Shown here in pieces: positions 1-8,220 of a stretch of 32,000 nucleotides of DNA (within the stretch, counting starts at the first letter, position 1; each line of letters starts with the position of its first letter). The stretch comes from Nitrosomonas europaea (lineage in GTDB: Bacteria > Pseudomonadota > Gammaproteobacteria > Burkholderiales > Nitrosomonadaceae): assembly GCF_900167395.1 (NCBI RefSeq), contig NZ_FUWK01000028.1, positions 7,709 to 39,708 of the forward strand, in the 5' to 3' direction. Both the position numbers and the translations under genes were made by a program. The notes beneath the pieces are model-generated. The model worked only from the letters and a program-made list of their open reading frames with translations, ran no database searches and was not told the origin of the DNA.

Positions 1-237
1 TTTCTGGACAACCTCGAATTCCTGAAACTGACCGTCACTCCTCGTGTATTTCCGGAAAATCACCATTTTATTGCAACGGACTTCCAGTCTGATGAAGCCG
101 AAATCATCCTGATACCGGAAGAAGATGCAGTAAAATGTCTGAGTCTGCACGATGATCGCATCTGGGTTTTACAACAGGAATATCGTGTCGATCCCGGGTT
201 ACGCGAAATCATACTTAAGAAGTTGAGAGAAAAATTC
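1..237 (+). CDS. lpxK: Tetraacyldisaccharide 4'-kinase (LpxK), C-terminal fragment. The 5' end is outside the window and no stop codon precedes the next ORF.
   Basis: Frame 1 is open from nt 1. Translation ...[67 protein letters not shown] shows the LpxK C-terminal pattern (FP-x-HH-F, then xE-x-DAVKC). lpxK followed by ycaR is a conserved gene pair. Confidence 0.6.
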
Positions 238-420
238 ATGGATCCAAAACTCCTGGACATTCTGGTCTGCCCATTATGCAAAGGCTCACTTATTTACAAA
301 AAAGACCGGCTGGAACTGATCTGCAAGGCGGATCGGCTGGCATATCCCATTCGGGATGGCATCCCCGTCATGCTGGAGGATGAAGCCAGAAAACTGCCTG
401 ACGAAGAAGAAATCAAATAG
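238..420 (+). CDS. Trm112/YcaR family (UPF0434) small zinc-ribbon protein
   Basis: [53 protein letters not shown] is the canonical Trm112p-like/YcaR sequence pattern. ATG at 238, stop at 418-420. It is in the same frame as the upstream lpxK fragment. Confidence 0.85.
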   Translation: MDPKLLDILVCPLCKGSLIYKKDRLELICKADRLAYPIRDGIPVMLEDEARKLPDEEEIK

Positions 421-460
421 CGCCACGCTCTTTCATACCCTTTTCCATTCAGAATCATTC

Positions 461-482
461 ACACGGCGGGTATCCGCCGTGT
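461..482. terminator. Hairpin between convergent genes (possible bidirectional terminator)
   Basis: ACACGGCGG-GTAT-CCGCCGTGT forms a perfect 9-bp GC-rich stem with a 4-nt loop. It lies between the YcaR stop (420) and the receptor stop (546). No clean U-tract on either side, hence moderate confidence. Confidence 0.45.
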
Positions 483-545
483 CTGTCTCTCAACCTGAAT
501 TTCCATCAGCCCGCAAGGTAAGGCCGGTTTCTGTTACCTGCAATC

Positions 546-3050
546 TCAATATTCGAGGCGCAAGGAACCCAGAATGGTCAGCGGAGCACCAGGATAAATA
601 CCAGCACGTGGTGGCGCATTCACGAAAGGGTCGGTAGATTCGTAATAACGTTTGTCAAGAAGATTACGGATATTGACCTGCGCGATCAGACGGGTTGGGC
701 CGAGCTTCATCCGGTAGGCGACAAACGCATCCAGACGAACGTACCCCGGCAACGCAAAGGTATTTTCATTATCACCCTGCCGCAGTCCGGCAGCGAATAT
801 GCCCATGCCGAACTGCCATCCGTTAAGCGGCTGGTAATGACGAATGTCATACTTGAGCCACAAACTGCCGGAATGCTCAGGCACGTTACTCAGGCGATTG
901 CCTTGCAGGCCGGAATAATCTCTGGTAATGCGGGCATCAGTAAAAGCATAATTACCAATGACGCTGAGTTCATCGGTAATCTGGCCGCTCAAATCAAATT
1001 CGATACCCTGACTGCGTGCTTTCCCGATTGCAGCAACCGCAAAAGGATCCGGACTGTTGAAATCGCGGGTCAGAATATTTTCCTTGGTCAGATGGTAATA
1101 AGCGAATGTCATTGTCAGCCGCTGATCGAACCATTCGGCTTTCAATCCGGCTTCGAATTGCTCGCCTCTTTCCGGATCGATCGTCGCACCAGTATTGGTA
1201 ACACCATTGTTGGCTCCGAACGAAGTTGTCCAGTTACCGTAAATACTGGCCCAGGACCACGGCTGATAAAGAATGCCCACACGCGGACTGAAGCCGTTAT
1301 CCTTGCGTGTCGGTAAGTTGGCTTCGGCCGCTCTGAAGGAATCACCCCGTCCGCGCCCCGTAGTCGCCCACTCATAACGGCCACCTCCCAGAATATGGAG
1401 CTTATCCCAAAGCGTGATGTGATCCTGAAAATACACGCCATACCACTCATCCTTAGAAAAACTGTGATTTTCCCCGGCAGGGAAAGGGGTTGCCAGCGCC
1501 TGAGCGTAAAATGAAGGATCAATGCCATATACCGGGTTATAAATATCGATTTCCAGACCCGACACCGGTGACAGATAATTACCCCGCGTCAGATAAGTGC
1601 CGGTCGAGCGCAAGTAATCGAAGCCCACCAACGTTTGATGCCGAGTGCCCAAAAACTCCAAGTTACCTGTTAAATCGAAATTCGTCGTATAGGTTTGGGA
1701 TGAGGAAATTTGTGAAAAGATATTGCGCAAATAGGTGCGGTTGCCCTTGCTTGGATCCAAAAACTGCGCGACCGTGAACGCATTCGCGGGTTTAACTGAA
1801 GTGTTATCATCATCGACAAAGGACGCCAGGAACCGGTTGCGCAAAGTCCAATCGGTATTGAAGGCATGGGTCAGATTGAAACCAAGATTGACCCGGGAAT
1901 GGGTATCGACAGGATCATCGGGATCGATGAAGGAACGGGTAACTGGAATCGGCGCGGGGCGGTCCCCGATTGCGAACAGACCTCTGTCGACCTGATAGTC
2001 CTCATGCAACGCTTCCACTTCCAGGGAAAGTTCGGTGGCATCATCAGGCCGCCACGTCAAGGCAGGGTTCACCAGCACCCGGTCATTAAAATTGAAATCC
2101 CGGAACGACCGGTTGTTCTGATAAGAACCGGAAAAGCGATAGTTGAGCGATTTGTCCTTGGTAACAGGACCCATGCCGTCCCACTCGGTCCGGTAAGAAT
2201 TGTAAGAACCGAAACGTTGTTCGATGGAATAATAGGATTCGCCACGCGGTTTTTTGGTGGTCAGATTGATCAGCCCGCCGGGCTCGATCCGCCCATACAG
2301 AATTGACGCAGGCCCTTTGAGCACTTCGATGGATTCCAGATTGGCGGAATCGAACATTGATTCCTCCCCAATAGACAAGCCCAGAGCGACCAGACCGTTA
2401 CGATAGACCCGGCCGTTTCTGAAACCCCGGATAATGAAAGCGTTGCTTCGGCCCAAAGACGATTGCGGCCGCACGCTGCTGACGTTTTCGAGCGCGTCCT
2501 TGATCGTCGTCGTTTTCTGGTCATTCATCACTACCCGCGGAATCACCTGTATCGACATGGGCGTTTCCATGATCGGCGTATCGGTTTTGGTTGCCGAGAA
2601 CGCACTGGAGCGACGATAACTTCTGTTATCCGGCGCATCAGGATCGATCACGCTGGTTATTTTCATTTCCGGCAAAGTCACTGCCTCTGTATTACTGTTC
2701 GTGTGCCCTGCGGGGGCAGCTTCCAGTGTGTAGCGTCCCGGCGCATTCTCGATCACGATGAGTCCGCTGCCTTTGAGCAGTTGCCCGATCGCCTGCAGGG
2801 GAGTAAAGCGTCCATTCAGTGCGGGTGCCTGTTTGCCTGCAACCAGACTGGCATCAACACCGATGAGCAAACCTGCCTGAGTGGCAAGCTGCGTGATCGC
2901 CTGTTCGAGGGGCTGTGCGGCAAGATCGATTGCAATCGTCTGCTGAGTGACGGCAGACTGCGCAACGGCACTGGCCGATACGAACAGACCCGTGGCCAGC
3001 ACCGATCCCAACAAAAAACCGTGACGTAACGAAACCGTTTTTATAATCAT
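546..3050 (-). CDS. TonB-dependent siderophore receptor/transducer with N-terminal STN signalling domain (FecA/FpvA type)
   Basis: Signal peptide MIIKTVSLRHGFLLGSVLATGLFVSASAVA. STN-like segment (IAIDLAAQPLEQAITQLATQAGLLIGVDASLVAGKQAPALNGRFTPLQAIGQLLKGSGL). Plug and barrel motifs follow, with a C-terminal aromatic (…GSLRLEY). I prefer the ATG at 3050 because GGGAG lies 5 nt upstream; the track ORF starts at 3098. Confidence 0.9.
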   Translation of the reverse strand: MIIKTVSLRHGFLLGSVLATGLFVSASAVAQSAVTQQTIAIDLAAQPLEQAITQLATQAGLLIGVDASLVAGKQAPALNGRFTPLQAIGQLLKGSGLIVIENAPGRYTLEAAPAGHTNSNTEAVTLPEMKITSVIDPDAPDNRSYRRSSAFSATKTDTPIMETPMSIQVIPRVVMNDQKTTTIKDALENVSSVRPQSSLGRSNAFIIRGFRNGRVYRNGLVALGLSIGEESMFDSANLESIEVLKGPASILYGRIEPGGLINLTTKKPRGESYYSIEQRFGSYNSYRTEWDGMGPVTKDKSLNYRFSGSYQNNRSFRDFNFNDRVLVNPALTWRPDDATELSLEVEALHEDYQVDRGLFAIGDRPAPIPVTRSFIDPDDPVDTHSRVNLGFNLTHAFNTDWTLRNRFLASFVDDDNTSVKPANAFTVAQFLDPSKGNRTYLRNIFSQISSSQTYTTNFDLTGNLEFLGTRHQTLVGFDYLRSTGTYLTRGNYLSPVSGLEIDIYNPVYGIDPSFYAQALATPFPAGENHSFSKDEWYGVYFQDHITLWDKLHILGGGRYEWATTGRGRGDSFRAAEANLPTRKDNGFSPRVGILYQPWSWASIYGNWTTSFGANNGVTNTGATIDPERGEQFEAGLKAEWFDQRLTMTFAYYHLTKENILTRDFNSPDPFAVAAIGKARSQGIEFDLSGQITDELSVIGNYAFTDARITRDYSGLQGNRLSNVPEHSGSLWLKYDIRHYQPLNGWQFGMGIFAAGLRQGDNENTFALPGYVRLDAFVAYRMKLGPTRLIAQVNIRNLLDKRYYESTDPFVNAPPRAGIYPGAPLTILGSLRLEY

Positions 3051-3213
3051 GAAAACTCCCTGTGTCCTGTCGATAAAAAATGTGCTTCTGTTATCCATGA
3101 CACACGAGTCGGAAAATCGGGTAGTTTTGACTGCAGAATTGTCAATGCGCTGCTCCGGTCACAGATTGCACATTGATGAAAACAGGGTGATGATGAGGTT
3201 TAAAGTTGCATGA

Positions 3214-3238
3214 TTCGCAAAAATGCTGCATTTGCGAA
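3214..3238. repeat. Perfect 8-bp inverted repeat TTCGCAAA-N9-TTTGCGAA in the receptor upstream region
   Basis: Read directly: 3214-3221 TTCGCAAA, 3231-3238 TTTGCGAA. It lies 164-188 nt upstream of the receptor start codon on the minus strand. Function (operator?) is unknown. Confidence 0.5.
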
Positions 3239-3324
3239 CCTGAAAAGGCGAAATGATCCAGCAAGCTTTGAAAGATTGTTTTTGCTGCCGTCAGAATCTG
3301 ACGAGAAATTTAAAAAATCTCTGA

Positions 3325-6300
3325 TTAAGCAGATTCCCGGGACGGAATCCACTTCCTCCATTTTCCCAGTAACGGAAAATAAAGCGCCAGGTGCATAGGG
3401 CGATCTTCCATACGCTGCAGTACTTGTGCATAGCGATCCAGTTGCGGACGGTAACGCAGCTGTTCCCGATCGAGGAATTCCTCAAGGCTGCCACCGGTAT
3501 GAGACCCCGTCTTGTAGTCGATGATCCAGCGCACACCTGCTGCATCCACGAAGGTTCGATCGATGATGCTGACAGAAATCGAGTGGCCCGCTGCAATTGC
3601 CGTTGGAACAGACAGCGCCCATTCACAACGCGCTTCCTGATGCCGATTGCTCAGAATCCAGCGGCCCGTTTCATCTTCCACACACATGGTCCTGAGGGCT
3701 CGTGCAACCTGCTGCACCGCTTTTTCCAAATGCCGGGGGGTGATACCAGATTGTATGAGTAACGACCGCCCCGCCAGTTTGAGAGCTTCCAGATCCTGAT
3801 GATCCACATTCTCGACCCCGATCAGCCCGATACGATGCAACAGGCAGTGCACGACCACCCCCACCAGTCGAGCGGGCTCACCCGCCCAATCGAAATCAAC
3901 CGGCTCTTCTGTCGTGCCGGCCTCATTCGCATGCATGGCAACTGCAACGGCTTTGGGCAACGGCGGGGGTTGCCAGCCAGACACCAGGCGCACCATGCCA
4001 ACAAGCTGCAAACCTGTATGTACATTCGATGCAGGCAAATCTCCGATAGCAGCTTCGCGCGATCGTGCCAGAAAATCTGCTGCCACGGCAGGCCATAACC
4101 TGGCCAGCAGGGTATCCTCCGGTGGTTTCAACGCATCATTCTCCTGCATATCCGGATCGATCCTGAGATGCCCCAGTAAATGCAGATTGTGTTTCGCCCG
4201 GGTAACTGCCACATACAGCAATCGCGCCTCTTCCAGCGCAGTCCGTTTCTTTTCTTCAGACAGGATGTAGGCGGAAATCGGATTTTTATCGCTCCCCGCT
4301 GCACTGATCGGCGCGCACAATAAACCCGGATGCTGTGACTGATCGTGAAACTCCAGCCAGTTGAGCAGCTTCTCCTGATCCCGTCTGGGAGATTTACCCA
4401 GCCCCGGCAGAATTACTGTATCGAACTCCAACCCTTTGGCCTTGTGCAAAGTCATGAGCTGCAATGAATCGTCTGCCGCCACATCCGGCAGAGCAAACAA
4501 CCGTACCAGCCGTTCATCCAGCTCCTGGATATCGGGTCGATAGCCGGTCACATCGAAATTTTCCAGCAACTGAAAATAGACTTCGGCGTCTGCCAGATCT
4601 GTTTCATTCTGTACACTGGCGGGCCCTCCCAGACTGACCCATATGCCCTCCACGCATCTTCTCAACGACATCCTGTCGTAGAGCATCAACGCACGCTCCA
4701 GAATCGGCAATACCCTGTTCACCCGCTGACCGCCTTCTTCACTCAAAACACCTGAACCGGCACAGGCACGCAATGAATCGATCAGCACATGCTGTGGCAG
4801 CGTATTGGCAACGGTATGTAAATCCTGCAGGGAAAGTCCGCAAAACGGGGCGCGCAATAATGCCAGCCAGGCGATACGATCAGCCGGATGCACCAGGGCC
4901 CGGGTCAATGCCATCAAATCCCGGATCACCACCCGTTGCGCCAGCTGTTCGATTTCCACTGCCTGGAAACGCAAGCCTTTTCGCCTCAAATGCACAACGA
5001 TACTCGCCAGATGGCTGCGATTACGCACGAGTACGGCAATTCTGCCATCCGGTTGTGCAGCTCTCGCCTGCGCTACGATCGCCCCCACCTGCTCCGCCTC
5101 GGCCCGATCATCTTTTTGCAGATAAGGATAAATCCTGACCGCCTCCCCGCTGGAAGCCGCATGAAACGCTACGGAACTCGCATACGACACGGCACCGGTG
5201 CTTACGCTATCCGTATCCGGCAATATCCGTGGAAAATAGCGGTTGACCCACTCGACGATCCCGCTCTGCGAACGGAAATTGACTGAAAGACGCAGAAACC
5301 TCATCTGGATCTGGCCAAAATAGCCACTATCGCGAATATCCAGAAACAACCCCACTTCAGCCTGCCGGAAGCGGTAAATCGACTGCATCGGATCTCCTAC
5401 CAGAAACAGCGTGCGGCCGTCTCCGGTCTGCCAGCCGGCAGTCAGCCGCTGCAGCAATTCGGCCTGGCTGGAAGACGTATCCTGAAATTCATCCACCAGC
5501 AGATGGTGAATACGATAATCGAGTGCCAGTGCCAGATCGGTCGGCATTTCCGGTTCACCCAGCGCACGGACAGCCGCCATAGCAATCTCGGTAAAATCCA
5601 CCTGGCCGTGCTGCCGGAAAACCAGCAGCAAATATCCGGCAGCCACCTTGAGCAGGCTGAACAGGGCCTGCAGCGTTTCCCACTCTTCATCGGTATATCG
5701 TTCCGGAGGTAACTGCCTGAGTAACTGCAACTGCTGACGAAATGTCTCCTCGCTCTGCAAAGCCACCAGCAACTCACTCATCCGCTGCTTCATTCCGTTC
5801 AGGTATTCTTTTACGTCAGCATCACGCACTGACGATGGTGCCGGGAACCCGTTTGCCTTCGTTACCTGTTTACGCCAGTCTCCCGTTTGGGTGAGCAGGA
5901 AATCCGCCATACTCTCCCAGACAAGACGATCTTCAAGTGCGTTACCAGGCCAACGGACTGTATTGCTATCGGCTGATCCTGCTTCTGACAGATTGACCGC
6001 GGCAAACTGCATCAACTCGATAATTTCCGACTGGCAGCCGGCAGGAACAGCATCAGCCAATCGCTCTATTGCTTCCGCAATCCGGCCTGACAGCACGGAT
6101 TCCAGACGATCACGCATATCATCCGAATTAGCGGCATCAACCACACCTCGCAACCATAAATCGCGCCGCGCCAGCATATCGGCAATCAACTGCTGCAATC
6201 TATCGAGACGATTATCCAGATGACCGATCAGATGTTCGATTGCCGCAGTCCACTCACCCTCTTCCTCCAGCGCCTCGACTGTCAAACGGGCTGCTTCCAG

Positions 6301-6792
6301 ATACAATCTGTCCGCATCCTCTGCCACTGATGACAAGGCGCCCTGCCGGGAACAGACCGGCATACGGTCGACCAGCCAGGCGCACAAGGAATCGATCGTC
6401 TGGATACGCAAACGTGACGGATTTTGCAGCAACTGCCAACCCCGCGCCTGATCATGCGCCAGTACCCGGTTTGCCAGCTCCCGTAACTGGCGCTGGTAAG
6501 CATCGTTCAGCAGTGCGGTTTCACTCTCCGCATCGCTATTTATATCACCAGCTGTATCGCGCAAAGCCTGCAGAATCCGATGCTTCATTTCACTGGCCGC
6601 CTTGCGCGTAAACGTAATGGCAACGATCTCCTCCGGTTCCTCTACCGTAGCAAGCAGCACCAGAAATCGCTGCGTCAGTAACCCTGTCTTGCCCGATCCA
6701 GCCGGCGCTTGAACGATGAAGGAATGCCACGGATCAAGCGCCTGCTGGCGTTCTCTCTGATCTGGAATCTCCTGTTGCAAGACTGTGTTCAT
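3325..6792 (-). CDS. AddA-like UvrD-family helicase with C-terminal PD-(D/E)XK nuclease domain
   Basis: 1155 aa. Walker A at the N-terminus (VQAPAGSGKTGLLTQRF). UvrD motifs (AITFTRKAASEM, LLVDEFQDTS, VGDPMQSIYRFRQA, LHKAKGLEFD, LLYVAVTRAK). C-terminal RecB-type nuclease motif (WIIDYKTG...QLDRYAQVL). Confidence 0.85.
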   Translation of the reverse strand: MNTVLQQEIPDQRERQQALDPWHSFIVQAPAGSGKTGLLTQRFLVLLATVEEPEEIVAITFTRKAASEMKHRILQALRDTAGDINSDAESETALLNDAYQRQLRELANRVLAHDQARGWQLLQNPSRLRIQTIDSLCAWLVDRMPVCSRQGALSSVAEDADRLYLEAARLTVEALEEEGEWTAAIEHLIGHLDNRLDRLQQLIADMLARRDLWLRGVVDAANSDDMRDRLESVLSGRIAEAIERLADAVPAGCQSEIIELMQFAAVNLSEAGSADSNTVRWPGNALEDRLVWESMADFLLTQTGDWRKQVTKANGFPAPSSVRDADVKEYLNGMKQRMSELLVALQSEETFRQQLQLLRQLPPERYTDEEWETLQALFSLLKVAAGYLLLVFRQHGQVDFTEIAMAAVRALGEPEMPTDLALALDYRIHHLLVDEFQDTSSSQAELLQRLTAGWQTGDGRTLFLVGDPMQSIYRFRQAEVGLFLDIRDSGYFGQIQMRFLRLSVNFRSQSGIVEWVNRYFPRILPDTDSVSTGAVSYASSVAFHAASSGEAVRIYPYLQKDDRAEAEQVGAIVAQARAAQPDGRIAVLVRNRSHLASIVVHLRRKGLRFQAVEIEQLAQRVVIRDLMALTRALVHPADRIAWLALLRAPFCGLSLQDLHTVANTLPQHVLIDSLRACAGSGVLSEEGGQRVNRVLPILERALMLYDRMSLRRCVEGIWVSLGGPASVQNETDLADAEVYFQLLENFDVTGYRPDIQELDERLVRLFALPDVAADDSLQLMTLHKAKGLEFDTVILPGLGKSPRRDQEKLLNWLEFHDQSQHPGLLCAPISAAGSDKNPISAYILSEEKKRTALEEARLLYVAVTRAKHNLHLLGHLRIDPDMQENDALKPPEDTLLARLWPAVAADFLARSREAAIGDLPASNVHTGLQLVGMVRLVSGWQPPPLPKAVAVAMHANEAGTTEEPVDFDWAGEPARLVGVVVHCLLHRIGLIGVENVDHQDLEALKLAGRSLLIQSGITPRHLEKAVQQVARALRTMCVEDETGRWILSNRHQEARCEWALSVPTAIAAGHSISVSIIDRTFVDAAGVRWIIDYKTGSHTGGSLEEFLDREQLRYRPQLDRYAQVLQRMEDRPMHLALYFPLLGKWRKWIPSRESA

Positions 6793-7006
6793 CGTTCTAG
6801 TCCAGGTACATTATTAGAAACCATCATTGCCAAAAGCTACTGAGCGGCCCGGGGCAGTTCACACAGCCTGAATATAAGATTCGATTTCTATTCAAAGATC
6901 GAATTTACTTGGTTATTAATAGACCAGGCTTTATATCCAATTGAGGATATACAAATGACAAACTCTTAATTAAAGCTACCCTGTAGATGCACCTATAGAA
7001 AGTGCT

Positions 7007-7030
7007 AAAACAAAAAACCTGGAAACCGGT
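7007..7030 (-). terminator. Weak intrinsic-terminator-like element downstream of the aminotransferase gene
   Basis: On the minus strand, ACCGG-TTT-CC(A)GGT forms a 5-bp stem with one bulge, followed directly by TTTTTGTTTT. It lies 45 nt after the stop at 7075. The stem is short, so confidence is low. Confidence 0.35.
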
Positions 7031-7074
7031 GGATACAATTGCGACGAAGACTATGACTTTTTCTCTTTGAGAGA

Positions 7075-8220
7075 TCAGCTAACAGCTTTACACAAAACCT
7101 CAACGACCCGGTCTTGCTGCTCTACTGATAAACCAACCCAGAGGGGTAACCGAACCAATCTCTCAGATTGTTGAGTAGTAATTTTCAGGTTGCCATGTAT
7201 ACGTCCGTACCGTAAACCAGCCGGGGAGGAATGAAGGGGCACATAATGGAACACAGACCAAATATCGTTTCTCTTAAATTCGTCAAGTACTTCTTGCCTA
7301 TCAATTTTTGATGCCAATAATACATAATACATGTGGGCATTATGCTGACACTCTTCCGGAACGATTGGACGACGCAGAATCTCTTTAGCTTCAAGTGGCC
7401 CAAGCAACTCATGATATCGTTGCCAGCTTGCCAGCCGCTCGTTAGTTATACGGTCTGCTTCTTCAAGCTGCGCCCACAGGAAGGCAGCGATCAGCTCACC
7501 CGGTAAGAATGACGAGCCCACCTCCTGCCAGGTGTACTTGTCCACTTCGCCCCTGAAGAACTGACTGCGATCGGTCCCTTTTTCGCGGATGATCTCTGCA
7601 CGAAGGCTCAGATCAGGTGTATTAACGAGTAGCGCACCGCCTTCTCCCGAGATCACATTTTTTGTTTCGTGGAAACTGTAGGCTCCAAGATCACCAATGC
7701 TGCCGAGGGCCCGCCCTTTGTAGGTTGACATCACCCCCTGCGCTGCATCCTCAACGACCTTCAATTCATGCTTCTGGGCGATGGCCATAATCGTATCCAT
7801 CTCGCACGCCACTCCCGCGTAATGCACGGGAGCAATGGCACGGGTACGCGGCGTAATGGCGGACTCAATCAGCCGTTCGTCCAAATTCAGAGTGTCTTCT
7901 CTGATATCGACAAACACAGGAACCCCACCACGTAGCACAAAGGCATTGGCGGTAGATACAAAGGTGTACGACGGCATGATGACCTCGTCACCGGGCTGAA
8001 TATCCAGCAATAAAGCAGCCATCTCGAGTGCCGCCGTGCAAGAGTGAGTAAGCAGACCCTTATTACATCCAGTCCGCTCCTCCAGCCATGCATGACAGCG
8101 CTTGGTGAAAGGCCCATCGCCTGCCAAGCTACCATTGAAGTGCGCTTCAGCGATGTAGTACAACTCCTTGCCTGTCATGTGAGGCCAGTTGAACGGGATG
8201 CGGTGATTTGTATTTTTCAC
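7075..8220 (-). CDS. wecE: dTDP-4-amino-4,6-dideoxygalactose transaminase (WecE/RffA, DegT/DnrJ/EryC1 family)
   Basis: Long near-identical blocks to E. coli WecE as I recall it. Examples: SCTAALEMAALLLDIQPGDEVIMPSYTFVSTANAFVLRG, PVHYAGVACEMDTIMA, VEDAAQGVMSTYKGRALG, SFHETKN, EIIREKGTDRSQFFRGEVDKYTW. The start overlaps the upstream stop by 4 nt. Confidence 0.9.
   Translation of the reverse strand: MKNTNHRIPFNWPHMTGKELYYIAEAHFNGSLAGDGPFTKRCHAWLEERTGCNKGLLTHSCTAALEMAALLLDIQPGDEVIMPSYTFVSTANAFVLRGGVPVFVDIREDTLNLDERLIESAITPRTRAIAPVHYAGVACEMDTIMAIAQKHELKVVEDAAQGVMSTYKGRALGSIGDLGAYSFHETKNVISGEGGALLVNTPDLSLRAEIIREKGTDRSQFFRGEVDKYTWQEVGSSFLPGELIAAFLWAQLEEADRITNERLASWQRYHELLGPLEAKEILRRPIVPEECQHNAHMYYVLLASKIDRQEVLDEFKRNDIWSVFHYVPLHSSPAGLRYGRIHGNLKITTQQSERLVRLPLWVGLSVEQQDRVVEVLCKAVS

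Noticed and set aside
837-3029. Several plus- and minus-strand ORFs of 60-190 aa inside the TonB receptor gene (for example 837-1316, 1866-2306, 2463-3029)
   Set aside because: They overlap a long ORF with unmistakable TonB-receptor motifs on the minus strand. Their translations are Arg/Ser/Pro-rich with no recognisable domains, so they are typical shadow ORFs.
3289-3303. Hairpin CGTCAG-AAT-CTGACG just after the addA-like stop codon, considered as a terminator
   Set aside because: It has only a 6-bp stem and a 3-nt loop. No U-tract follows it on either strand, so I cannot support it as an intrinsic terminator.
3391-6611. Many 60-130 aa antisense or out-of-frame ORFs across the addA-like gene
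   Set aside because: All are embedded in a 1155-aa ORF with complete helicase and nuclease motifs. Their composition is low-complexity and GC-driven.
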